Position numbers and translations under genes: made by a program
Notes under the pieces: model-generated
Databases searched by the model: none
What the model saw: the letters and a program-made list of their open reading frames with translations, nothing else
What the model was told of the DNA's origin: nothing
Source: Felis catus
Taxonomy: Eukaryota
Direction: 5' to 3'
Assembly: GCF_018350175.1 (NCBI RefSeq)
Contig: NC_058368.1
Location: 69,566,001 to 69,630,000, forward strand
Length of the DNA stretch: 64,000 bases
Part shown: piece by piece, positions 26,129 through 38,175 of the stretch
How the letters are laid out: each line of letters begins with the position of its first letter
How positions within the stretch are numbered: the stretch's first letter is position 1

Positions 26129-27742
26129 GTTAGGCTTTTATCTGCACATGAAGTAAATTTGAGAAATCCTTTCTCTTTTGAAGTTTAAACTCAAGTCAGA
26201 TAATAGATACTTGGCTGATTTGTTCCCAAATAATATGATCTCATTAAAAAGTGAACCTTAGCCACATGAAACTGTTTTTCTCTTGCTGTCGTGGGTGGGT
26301 CGGTGAATTTGCTGGTGACCCGCGACTGCATTCATCTAGCGAACATCTTTCCAAATGAACTCTTAGGAGTGGTCAGAGGAGGCGGTTTACCTTAATTTCC
26401 TACATGTGATTGTGTAGTACGTTAATGCTTTCACTTTGTCTCTAATGCCACAGAATTTTATAAACACTAACACGTGAATTCAGGTTCTTGTCACTAAAGT
26501 ACATGTAACACCCCAAGTATTGATGCATGAAATAAATGATGTCTGTGATATGCGTCCACATAAAACGAGTGTGTATGAGCATTGTTAGGAATATAAATGA
26601 AATAACACTGGCGACGAGTTGATTACGGTTGAGGTTGGTGATAATTTGGTAGGTCCTAAAAATCATCTATAATCAATGACCACAAAAATAATGGATTTAA
26701 TTATTTCCCTAAATGCAAAATCTGACAAGCTTCTAGGAAGGAAAATGCTTGGCCAAGTAGAGTCGTAACAGTTTTAGATTTTAAAAGGAAATTCCCCCTG
26801 ACTTTTTTTTTTTTTTGTATCTGTGAAAAGACTGAGCTACACTATTGTGACAATTAGTTCATATAAAATGTCCCACTTTCCCAGTGAGTGGTTGGCACCA
26901 ATGGCTGATCATTTTGGCCTGAGAAGAGAACAAAGCTTTAGACTGATGAATGGCTGACATTTAACCCGCCCGGGCACTTTCTGGGTTGGAGGCAGTGTGA
27001 TTTGCGTAATGTTTGAACCTAGTGGAGAAACATAAAACACTCTTTCACACGTGGGTTGATTAATGCATTTTTACAAGCGTTTTCACTGAGGAGCTGCAGA
27101 AGTTAACCACCTGCATGTGAAGCTAACAGAGGCAGGGAGACAGGATGAGATCTAATCCTCAGAAGTCTTCCTCCTTCTAAGGCCCGAAGGCAGATGGAGT
27201 TGCACTTTGATGCTAACAGCTCCGTGGAACATTCTGAGCGGGGCTCGCAGGATGGCAGGTCTGGCCGGCACTGATGGCTCCATGCCTGTCATTGCTGCCG
27301 TTAAGCATAATTGGAGGCTAGACCTCTGTGTTCAGCCTTCCTTTCATTAATGCAGTTGATGGAATGAAGACCCAAAATGCCAAGGACAAGATCAGTTTCT
27401 AGATTATCGAGTGGTTCAGAGTTTCTGAAAAAGACATTTTAAAGCATCAGAGCCTGCAGATTTTGCCTCGGGTGTCTAGGATTTATAACCAGTGTTGTAG
27501 AACAAGAATTCCTCCTTGGACACTGTGTTCTACTCTGCCTATTTTATAGAGCTGTTGATTCTTCTCTTCTAACAGGATAGTAACCGAGGGAAAGCAGAAT
27601 ATGAGATTGTATGTAAGCCGTGAGAACAAAAGCTAGATGAAGAGACTGGGCCAGTGAAGTAGAATACTAAACACGTTTGTAAATAATTGTGTTAGGGTCT
27701 AGGGAACATGGGTAATACTTTTCCTTGTTTAAAATTGCCTCT

Positions 27743-27950
27743 GGGGCACCTGGGTGGCTCAGTTGGTTAAGCGTCCGACTCTTGATTTCAGCTCAGATCA
27801 TGATCACAGTTTGGGGGTCAAGCCCGATGTTGGGCTCTGTGCTATGACAGCGTGGATCGTGCTCAGGATTCACTTTCTCTCTCTCCCTCTCTCTGCTCCT
27901 CCCCCTTTGGCACTTGTGCTCCCTCTCTCAAAATAAATACATACACTTTA
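27743..27950 (+). mobile_element. CanSINE
   Basis: Sense head and CT-rich body; short TSD ATTGCCT. Confidence 0.93.
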
Positions 27951-28789
27951 ACAACATTGCCTTTAATGTTGTTTTTACAGTTGGATTTGGGTTTACAGAA
28001 GAACTAAAATAAATCAGTTCCAGTACTCAAAATCCCAAAGATGGAATTTTCCTATCAGAGTGCAATGGTTTAAGGAGTGATTAGGCTCCATAATGTAATT
28101 GGATAGGATTTAACAAATCCTTATGCCTTTTCTGGGACCTGAGCGACACCCCTCAAGCACTGTGTGTGTGTGTGGGGGGGGTTCCTGCTACTGCCCCCAC
28201 TGCAGGCGCAGGGCACGTGTCCAGCCTAGTGGGCGTGGCTGGGAGGAGAGATGAGAAGAAGGGTAGGATTTTTGGCTGTTCACATGCAGGCTTATGTGCT
28301 CCTCTGGTCTTAATTTTAAGATTTTCTGATAATTTGTTTCGATGGCAAAAGCTCCTTGATATAAAAGCCTCGACATTATAAATACAAGTGTTTCTTTTGT
28401 TCAATCTGATTTGTCAAATCAAATCAGGATACGGTCCCAGACCGTATCTGAGCTCTTGGATTTCCTGTAGAAAGAAACATTTAAGTTCACTCATCATTCA
28501 TAAAAAGATTATCCATAACTACATAAATTGGTCCCATTTGTTCAACAAGCAGTTTTTGAGTGCTGATTCCACTGGGCCTCTACTGGGGGCTGGGGGTGGG
28601 GGGAGGGTGGGCCGTGTGGTACTGAGAATTGAGCAAATGCCTGTTGTGAGCACCTCCTGTGTGTAGCCTTGGGGATAAAACTTGAGACAGATACAGTGGA
28701 GGGAGTCTGATTCCCTAGGGCTTATATTTTGGGCACATGGCTGCAATTTCAATTTCCCGGGGAACAAGGCATTTGTTCCATCCAGCACA

Positions 28790-28968
28790 AAGGTTCTCAT
28801 GGCTGCTTTCTAGAATCACCCAGGAATCTCGTAAAACACACATGCCCAAATTCTGCCGGCGGAAATTCTGGTTCAGTTGGTCGAAGGGGGCCTGGGCATT
28901 AGTGGTTTTTGTTTTTTTAAGAGCCTTCCAGGTGATGGCAGCATACAGGCGGGTTTAAACCCAGTGAC
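28790..28968. mobile_element. MER5-like hAT-Charlie MITE
   Basis: GGTTCTCA...TAGAATCACC...AATTCTGGTTCAGTTGGTC...GGGCCTGGGCAT...CCAGGTGAT. Confidence 0.7.
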
Positions 28969-29172
28969 CTGGTGGATAATAGGATGTTTTAAATTGAACT
29001 TATGGAAAATATTGTGAATATTTAAAAGGACTGTGTTTTCTCCCATGGCTCCCTTATGACATCTTCCTTGTGAGCACAGAGACTATGAGAAAGTTTGGTT
29101 TAATCCATAGTAGTTGTTTCCAACTCTGCATGTTAGCATCTCCATAGTGGCCCTTAAAAAATAGAAGCGCTT

Positions 29173-29378
29173 GGGGAGCCTGGGTGGCGCAGTCGGTTAA
29201 GCGTCCGACTTCAGCCAGGTCACGATCTCGCGGTCCGTGAGTTCGAGCCCCGGGTCGGGCTCTGGGCTGATGGCTCAGAGCCTGGACTGTGTCTCCCTCT
29301 CTCTCTGCCCCTCCCCCGTTCATGCTCTGTCTCTCTCTGTCCCAAAAATAAATAAACGTTGAAAAAAAAAATTAAAAA
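29173..29378 (+). mobile_element. Young felid SINE with a short internal deletion
   Basis: TSD AAAAAATAGAAGCGCT at 29156 and 29379; lacks GCCTGTTTCCGATT relative to sister copies. Confidence 0.97.
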
Positions 29379-29956
29379 AAAAAATAGAAGCGCTCTCCCC
29401 TGCACTGCGTTCTGATGGGTGTGGCCTGGAGCCGGGTAGTTGTGTGAGTGCGTGTGCGAGGGTGTGAGCGCCTCGCCAACGACCCAGTGCTGTGTTCCCG
29501 CAGCGCCCCTACCCTCCCTGGGGTGGTATTTGAATATTGAACATTTATCTGTTGGCATAACTACCAGTATTCATCAATAAACCTGTGTAGAAGGCCCACA
29601 GGACTTGCCAGATTGAACGGTTCCTAACTGCTGCTTTCAATCCTGTTTTTCCACCTCCTGGTTTCATGGACTATGTCGTGAATATAAAAACGTGAATTTT
29701 GAACATTTTTGAAGGCTTTTTGACGCCTACTCTGACGAGGCTGCAATGTTTTTCTTACTATTTTCATATTATTTATCCACACTGACGGCATAATAAATAA
29801 ATATTAAGTTTATAAACGTACAGTAGAAAAATATCCTAGTGAACTGTGCCAACATTTGAAATTGCTTCAATTATAGTTCTTTGAATAGTTTATGTATTCA
29901 AGAGAATGTCACAGTATTTCTGTTTTCCACATTGATCCTCTCCACTGAGAATTTTA

Positions 29957-30280
29957 TTTTTTTTGTTATTTTATTTTTTTTAATATTTATTTATCTTTGA
30001 AAGAGACAGAACACGAGCAGGGGAGGGACGGAGAGGAGGAGACGCAGAATCCAAAGCAGGCTCCAGGCTCTGAGCTGTCAGCACAGAGCCCGATGCAGGG
30101 CTCGAACTCACGAACTGCGAGATCATGAGCTGAGCTGGAGTCAGACGCTTTACCGACTGAACCACCCAGGTGCCCCTGTTTTCTGTTTTAAAGTAAGCTC
30201 TAGGCCCACTGTGGGGCTCGAACTCAAGACCCTGAGATCAACAGTTGCATGCTCTACTAACTGAGCCAGCCAGGGGCCCC
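29957..30280 (-). mobile_element. Two adjacent antisense CanSINEs (full 29957-30176, short 30179-30280)
   Basis: Two tRNA heads; ACTGAGAATTTTA flanks the pair (29944, 30286). Confidence 0.9.
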
Positions 30281-30389
30281 TTTTTACTGAGAATTTTAAA
30301 GGAATCTGTGATGAAGTGAAATTTCTGCCTTCTTATTAATACAACTTTTTTCCCATTTGCATATGTTGTTTGAAGCAAATTCCACAGGG

Positions 30390-30534
30390 TTCTGACAGAA
30401 CTTCTGTGATGAAGGTGACCGTCTGTCTGCGTCTGCCACTTTTGGTAGCCACTTAAGATGTGGTTGGTTTTTAGGTCTGAGGAACTGAATTTCTGATTTA
30501 ACTTTTTTTTATTAAAAAAATGTTTTTTGGTCTA

Positions 30535-30581
<47 letters not shown>

Positions 30582-30820
30582 ACGTAGGAGGGGCAGAGAG
30601 ACAGGGGGAGAGGGAGAATCCCAAGCAGGCTCTGCATTGTCAGCATAGAGCCGGACGTGGGGCTCAAAGTCAGGAACCACGCAATCATGACCTGAGCCAA
30701 AATCAAGAATCGGGCGTTCAACTGATGGAGCCACCCAGCCGCCCTGCTAATTTTATTTAATTTTGATTAAATCGCAAATGACAAATGTGGCCGGGCGCTA
30801 CCGAGTGGACAGAGCAGGTC
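30390..30820 (+). mobile_element. MER3-like hAT MITE split by a SINE
   Basis: AGAACTTCTGTGATGA...GGTAGCCACT...TGAGGAACTGAATTT / ATGTGGCC...GCTACCGAGTGGACAG. Confidence 0.72.
30500..30745 (-). mobile_element. CanSINE with (AG)n
   Basis: Antisense body. Confidence 0.93.
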
Positions 30821-31099
30821 TTGAGGCTTGTTTGCAGCTTGAGAAGAGATTGGGCTGAGCTGAGACGCAGGTGACGGCTGTTCTGTGTTAGGGGCCTCTC
30901 TTCCGTGGGGGGCATGACTCCGACCATCCCCTGCGTTGCTAGTAGCACCCACAGAGGCCTGGGATGAGTGATTTTGAGAAAGGACACAGTGCGGAGGCTG
31001 CGACTCTGGGGTTAGAGCTGGGGTGCTCCTAGAAAACTCTCCATCTTGCCCCGGCCGCTGGGCCTTCCCCGACCCACATCCTCTGTCACTTGCTCTAAC

Positions 31100-31690
31100 G
31101 CCTGGGGTGCCCTCTCAGGTATTCTGGGCCTCTCCCTTTGTGCTGCCTCCTTTCCTACAGGATATAACCACTGTCATATCAGTGTCCTGGTCCCCAGACT
31201 TTCTGCCCCTTTGCCTGCCCACGCCCTTCTTTTCCTCAGACCTGTTGCCTAAAACATCCTCTTCTCTCTCCTGCCCTATCCCCCTCGGACCACTGTCTAT
31301 GGCTTTCCCGAGGAAAACAGGCTCCTCACTACGCCTCAGGGGCTCTCAGGACAGTCATCTCTTCAGCGTCTCCTCCGCTCCCCTACCCGAGCCCCTAGAT
31401 CCACCACGGTGGTGCCCTAAACTGCTGGACCTGGGCTCTGGCACACATGTGGCATCACCCCTTCCTGGATGCACCTGCCAAGGTTCATCCAAGGCTCACG
31501 CCTTGTGTTGGCCAACATGTCTCTTACTGCGGGAAACCCTGTGACCCTTCCAGGGTGGGCACGTGTCCTTCCCGCATGCCTCTAGCTCCCGCTGTACCTT
31601 GCTTCCATGTTACGTCTGCAAAGCTGAGCAGTGGCCGGCAGGACACGGAGCCCACAGCCCACACTCGGTGGCTGTTTGGTGAATGAGCAA
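31100..31690 (+). mobile_element. L2 LINE 3' relic
   Basis: Pyrimidine-rich degraded body ending ...GGCTGTTTGGTGAATGA, typical of L2 3' ends. Confidence 0.5.
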
Positions 31691-32001
31691 CCTGAAAAGT
31701 TAATCGTTAAACCCAGATCTTGGGTCGTTTCTGTTTGTGTGTGCTTCCTTAAACCCCAGGTTTGATAAGTGAAGGAATTTTTACAGAAAATCAACTGTTT
31801 GGATTTTATTCCTCAAACTTGTTCATGGATGGCTCAATTTCATTGACTCCTTTCATGTTTTTCTTTTTATGAGAATACAGTATTCTTGCTCAGGGTGCTG
31901 TTGACCTGCTCATTTAGGCCCATTGTATTTTGTTCATGGACCGTAGATGGCTGGGTTCCCACGAGGAAAAGTGAAAGTAAAGATATGAGTGAATTTTTAA
32001 A

Positions 32002-32218
32002 TTTTTTTTTTTTTTTGACATTTATTTATTTTTGGGACAGAGAGAGACAGAGCATGAACGGGGGAGGGGCAGAGAGAGAGGGAGACACAGAATCAGAAAC
32101 AGGCTCCAGGCTCTGAGCCATCAGCCCAGAGCCCGACGCGGGGCTCGAACTCATGGACCGCGAGATCGTGACCTGGCTGAAGTCGGACGCCTAACCGGCT
32201 GCGCCACCCAGGCGCCCC
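32002..32218 (-). mobile_element. Young felid SINE (SINEC_Fc type)
   Basis: 18-bp TSD TATGAGTGAATTTTTAAA at 31984 and 32219. Confidence 0.97.
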
Positions 32219-32257
32219 TATGAGTGAATTTTTAAAGGACTTCATGTAATACTGTCT

Positions 32258-32457
32258 TAATTTTTTATTTTTAATTAATTAATTTTGAGAGGGAGAGCAA
32301 GCAGGCAGAGGGGCAGAGGGAGGGAGAGAGAGAATCTTAAACAGGCTCCGTGCTCAGCTGGGAGTCTATGTGGGGCTTGATCCCAGGACCCTGGGATCAT
32401 GACCTGAGCCCAGATCAAAAGTCGGACGCTCAACCGGCTGAGCCACCCAGGTACACC
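32258..32457 (-). mobile_element. CanSINE
   Basis: Antisense body. Confidence 0.92.
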
Positions 32458-33929
32458 TTAAAAAACTTTGATAATTGTAAATAATAACAACAGAAGGAAG
32501 AGAACATTTACATGTATTGGTACTAGCTTATAAAAAAAAATCCTTTGGTTTACAAAGATTTCAGAGGAGTCGTTGTCTAGTGGCATTCATGGTCTAGTTA
32601 TTGCCATTTCTCTTCAGTATCCTGCACCAGTCTCCCCTCTGGCTTGCATTTCCTTTTTGCCCCATGTACAGCCCACATTCACTTCTTGCCCCCACCCTCC
32701 TATAAATAAGCACAAGAAAGTCACTAAAAGCCGTCCCCTAAATGCATTAAGCACTAGCCCATCTCAGCAGGAAAGATTAAAGGTGCTATCTGCAAACAGA
32801 AAATTTGCTGTGCGGTCATCATTAAAGACGGCAAGCCTTTAGGATTTGAAAATTTATGGCCGAGGCATCCTTAAGTTGTTGGTGAGCGACGCATCTCTGT
32901 TTATTGCAAGAATTACCTATTAATTCTGGCAAAAGGCCAATGAACTGGTTGATTTGATAATAGTTGAAATTTGGATGTTAGATATTGTTTGGAGGCTGTG
33001 CTTCTGGGCTCTTCAGCTTCTGCACATGTAAGATTTTAACGTGGATGGGGATGCTGGGGTGAACCTCTGAATGCTTTACTTGGCAGAAATCCTTCAGCCA
33101 AGAACCGTGTACTTTCCTCTTTGGCTCCTCATTCAAAGCATGATTAACTCAGTTAACCTACACAGGCTTAATTATTGCTTCTAGTACGTAGGAAATTGGA
33201 AGCTATAAACCAGGAGATTGGGCAGAGCAAGCTGTGAGAATTGATAGTTGATGTTCTGGCTTTGAAGGATGTTCAGTAAAAAATTTTAAATTCAGTCCTG
33301 TCTAAGAACCCAAGGAATTATAAATCTACTGAGAAATGATTTCTATCAAAGAGGATTAAGGGATTTGATCTTAAAAGGGAAGTTCTAGAAAATTGTGTCG
33401 AATGCTTTATTTTTTGACATTGCTGTAACTAAAAGATGTCATCTTGCACCTACTTAGGAGATGCATTTTACGAAAATAATTATGGTGATAAGTACACACA
33501 AAGTTATTATGCATATTTCTCTGTAATGAAGGACTTTATGTGTACTTGAGAGAATTTGTCTTTCTGTACTTTAAAAAGGATCATTTTGGCTTGATTAAAC
33601 AGGATAATTCTACATAAATGCTGTAATCTGTGTATGTGCTTTGGTGGGGAAAAAAAAATTGGCTTTCCTGTAATTTGACTTAGCTTGAAATTTTCATAAG
33701 GAAAGTGAGGACATCTTTATCCACCCTGAGGAGAAAACTAGAGGAGAGTTTGAGAGGAACCCATCTATGCAAAATGGGTGTCAAGAAAGTCTAAAATTAG
33801 GTGGGGTTTTTGGCCTATCCTTAAGCTCTTCAGAACGGTAGAATGCAGTAAGCATTTGTTCTGGAAAATGGCACACCCAGTGGTGCCTAAGGAACTGTGG
33901 TGTCCGTGTAATCACCCAGAAGTCCGTGT

Positions 33930-34142
33930 AGAGAGAGGTGGGGAGGGAGGGAGAGCGTGCATGCACATGTACACATGCAGGACAGGGAGGGGCAGAGGGA
34001 GAGAGGAAAAAAAAATCCCAAACAGGCTTCTTGAGGTCAGCACAGAGCCCAATGTGGGGCTCGATCCCAGGAACCATGAGATCAGGACCTGAGCTAAAAT
34101 CAAGACTTGGGCACTCGTCCAACTGAGCCACCCAGGTGCCCC
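33930..34142 (-). mobile_element. CanSINE
   Basis: Antisense body ending GAGCCACCCAGGTGCCCC. Confidence 0.9.
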
Positions 34143-34552
34143 GCCCCCCCAATTTTTTTTTGATAAAACACATTCTGGTTTTATCAGCCGGTTCTCTATT
34201 TTTCTAGGTATTTACTCTTTGGAAAAATAAAAACTAAGGATTTGTGTTTTCATATCGTTGATACCCTTAACTGAAAAGTTGCTCAGTGTGGCTGGTCTGT
34301 AGGTCTCTGAAGATGAAGCTTGATTAGTGACAAACTACATCAAATACGCATTTTTGCTGACTTACACTTAGGGATGTACGCTTTGTTTAATCCTAAAAAT
34401 AAATCCTAAAATTTCCAAGGTTAGCATTTTGTATTTGGATGGACAACTGGCAGTGAAGTTAGGTTGTGTCTTCTAAGTATACATTGTGCAGTATGGTAGC
34501 CCCCAGCCCCAAATGGCTCTTTAAATTTAAATAATTAAAATGTTACTCAGTT

Positions 34553-34761
34553 GGGGGACGCCTGGGTAGCTCAGTTGGTTAAGTGTCTGGCTCTTGACTT
34601 CGGCTCAGGTCATGACCTCACGGTTCGTGGATTCAAGCCCCACCTCAGGCTCTGTGTTGACGGTATGGAGCCTGCTTGGGATTCTCTCTCTCCCTCTCTC
34701 TCTGCTCCTCCCCTGCTCGTGTGCTCAGTCTCTCTCGCAAAACAAACTTAAAAAAAAAAAA
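34553..34761 (+). mobile_element. CanSINE inserted in a MER3-like relic (~34485-34830)
   Basis: TSD GTTACTCAGTTG / GTTACTCGGTTG; flanks carry ATGGTAGCC and ATGGCTAGTAGCTGCCATATTGGACA. Confidence 0.93.
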
Positions 34762-36324
34762 GTTACTCGGTTGCCACAGATGGCTAGTAGCTGCCATATT
34801 GGACATCTAGAACATTCCCGACTAAGAAAACTGTTAGCAACCACTTGGATAACCATTGCCACCACCTCCCCTCTATGTACAAATGTCTTAAAAAGTCAGA
34901 GATGACACATGCGTGATGATCTTTCCTACCTATGTCCTGCTCCAGCCCTGCTATCCCCTCCCAGCACCCAGGCTGTGAAACTAATGCTATGAGAAATGTT
35001 CACACCAACCTCAGAGCTAGAAATTGAGCCCCCAAAACTTGGTGGGGACTGAGCTGGCTTCAGCAGACACAAGGATACTTGGAAAAAATAGTCCTAAGTC
35101 GTTACAACTTCAATAATTGGTTGACTGAACAGATTGCCCTTATTATTCTAATTATGTGAGAGATTCCTGGACTTTTCAGAATTATGAATTCCAGTTATTT
35201 GACTGGATTGCTGATTCTCTCCCTCTCTCAGTGTCTTTTCCTGGCTGTATTTGCAAGTGAAGTTTGGGCTCATAATGAGTTGAGAAGGTTAATTTTTAAT
35301 ATTCAGAGGCTCTCCGTGCGCCTCAGGGTAATTTGAGTAAGCATGAGATTAAAACCAGGCCCAGGAATCCATCGTTCATTGCCAGCTGCTGGCAAGGGAC
35401 TCCGCTTGAGCTAAGGCCCCGCGTATTGCTAATGCTTAGAAGTCCTCATTCCCTGTTGGATAGAAGGGAACATTTCATTCCTAGAGCAGAGACGAGCTCC
35501 TGGGACCTGAAAGCCACATGGGGGTCTGTCTGATATTGTGGTCTGTGTTGTGATGGGATTTCAGAACAAAAGATTTTGAAAGCTGCTTCCATGTCGCTAC
35601 TTTCCAAAAAATATTCCTGCATTATTTTAGCATCTGAAAAGTTAGTGCTAATGTTCTCATTGACGTTATTCGATAAAGAAGGTAATCCAGATTGTAACCG
35701 TGTATATTTCCCCTTGTCAGATGTAGCAAAGCCGTTACAATTTTGAAGGGGAAAAAATGCAACATGTACACATTTAAAAATTTTTTCCTGAAGTTGTTCT
35801 AACGTGGAAGAGAAGTCTCCTCTCTCCCCCCAAATCTGAATACTCTTTTACTTGTAGGGAGTTAACAAAATTGGAATAAAGCAGATTGATTTAGACTTTC
35901 TGGTCATGAATCCCAGCCTCTTTATATAGCTACGTTTCTCTTTCCACTGGATGGATCGGCTATTCATTTGATTTCATTGAGAATTTCCTGAGTGCTTTTT
36001 CTTCATCTCAAAGAGGCTCTGGGAAGATGCAAGGCTGCTCAGTGATGTCACCGTCAGTCTGAGCAAGCCAGGTGCATGCCAGACATTAAGACACGCTCAT
36101 TATCTTTCCTATAATCTGCTCCCTTGTTCTCGCAGGAACTCAAGACCTAAGTGGATCCTGGCTGTAATGAAAAGAATGATCATCAGTCCTTTTCGCATCT
36201 GACGTTGGGATAATTTTGTTATGCATGTTTGTTCTCAACTGCTTTTTAACCCAAGAGCCAGCATTCAAACTGCGATCTTCCCTTATGGAGATAGTCTAGT
36301 TCATGCTTCAGCTATTAGCCATCT

Positions 36325-36540
36325 TTCTTTTTTTCTTTAATTTTTTGAAATGTTATTTGAGAGAGCACAAGCAGAGGAGGTGGGGCTGGGGGCGGGGGAG
36401 ATGGGTGATGGGGGGGGGAGAGAGAGAGAATCTTCAGCCGACTCCATGCTGAGTATGAGCCCATCCCATGACCATGGAATCATGATCTGAGCTGAAATCA
36501 AGAGTCGGACGCTCAATCGACTGAGCTAGCCGGGTGCCCC
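36325..36540 (-). mobile_element. CanSINE
   Basis: Diverged antisense body. Confidence 0.88.
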
Positions 36541-37084
36541 AGCATTCTTACAGGTTGAAAATGAAATGCATAGAGCAAATAGCTTGGTCAGATCAGTTGT
36601 TGCTTTATGACCATTGTTTGTGGTATTAATAGTCAACTTGAAGGGAGTCATTATGTGGCAAAAAACCAGTTCAGTTTTCATAACATCTGGATTGAGGCCC
36701 CTCACCCATGGCCTCGTGGCCCCGTCAGTGGCCTTCCCGTGGCTGCCTGTATTTGTTTCCAGCCACATCTCCCTCTGTATGTAAGACGGATGTATGCTTG
36801 GACAGCTCCGCTTTGTGTCCTCAGGTGCCAGAGAGCGCAAGCTCGGAATGTCTGAAACTGAATTTCCTCCCCCTCGCTTGTCCCTATTACCTTGTTCTTC
36901 GATTTCTTAAATCCCTGTCCTCACTGTCCCTTCTTCCTAGCCTCTCAGACCATCCTCAGAGGCAACTTTGGTTTCTCCGGAAACCAGGCTCAGAGGGATC
37001 CTGCGACTGGCTGGTCTTCCCGCCTCCCTGCGTATCCCCACCCACCGGAGTCCGCTTATTGATTGATGGATGATTGATTGATGG

Positions 37085-37265
37085 AGTTCGTTCGTTCCTT
37101 CCTTCCTTCCTTCATTGTTCACTCGATACCTGCTCTGTCCCAGGTGCTTTACTGGATAATGGGAATGTGGTGAACCAAACAGAGTCGATCCCTGCCCTCC
37201 TGGAGCTTAAAGGGTGCAGGGGAGGACCGATATGTAGCTGGTGAGGAGCACAGTCAAGAATGGTG
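37085..37265 (-). mobile_element. L2 3' end
   Basis: TTCCTTCATT...ATACCTGCTCTGTCCCAGGTGCT...GGTGAACCAAACAGA...CCCTGCCCTCCTGGAGCTTA. Confidence 0.7.
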
Positions 37266-37516
37266 AGCAGTATTATAGCCACATTTATGCGTATCCAAGC
37301 ACGTCATTCTTCAGTGGTTTCCCTTCATTTTGGGGACAAAATCCAAACTCCTTAGCCTGATCTCCAGACTCTGCATGAACTGACTGGGACCTGTCGATAT
37401 GCTTACAGATCCCTGGTGTTGACTGCCCTTCCTGGTCTTTGTGTCTGTGCTTCTTTGGAGTGTCTTGGTCCCTTTTTTCTTGGGCGGACTTCAACGTGGA
37501 GCTCAGGCACTGCCAC

Positions 37517-38175
37517 TTTTTTTTTTCTTTTTTGAGAGAGAGCATGTGCGAGCAGGAGAGAGGGCCAGAGGAGGGAGAGATCATCTTTAAAAAAAATTCT
37601 TTAATGTTCATTTATTTTTTAAAAAAAATTTTTTTTTAACGTTTATTTATTTTTGGGACAGAGAGAGACAGAGCATGAACGGGGGAGGGGCAGAGAGAGA
37701 GGGAGACACAGAATCGGAAACAGGCTCCAGGCTCCGAGCCATCAGCCCAGAGCCTGACGCGGGGCTCGAACTCCCGGACCGCGAGATCGTGACCTGGCTG
37801 AAGTCGGACGCCCAACCGACTGCGCCACCCAGGCGCCCCAATGTTCATTTATTTTTGAGAGAGAGAGAGCGAGCGAGCAGGGGAGGGGCAGAGTGAGACG
37901 GAGACAGAGGATCCATAGTGGAAGCAGACTCCCAGCTGTCAGCACAGAGCCTGACGTGGGGCTTGAACTCACGAACAGTGAGATCATGACCTGAGCCGAA
38001 GTGGGCTCTTAACCAACTGAGCCAACCAGGTGCCCAGAGGCAGAGAGAGAATCTTAAGCAGGCTCTACGCCCAGCACAGAGCCCAACGCGGGGCTTGATC
38101 GCACGACCCTAGGATCGTGACCCGAGCCAAAATCAATAGTCAGATGCTCGACTGACTGAGCCATCCAGGCACCCC
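37517..38175 (-). mobile_element. Three nested antisense CanSINEs (outer 37517-38175, middle ~37586-38035, inner young 37620-37839)
   Basis: Three tRNA heads ending 37839, 38035, 38175; inner TSD AATGTTCATTTATTTTT at 37603 and 37840. Confidence 0.92.

Noticed and set aside
31023..31544. 173-aa Pro/Ser/Leu-rich ORF
   Set aside because: Non-ATG start; composition follows pyrimidine-rich L2-like sequence
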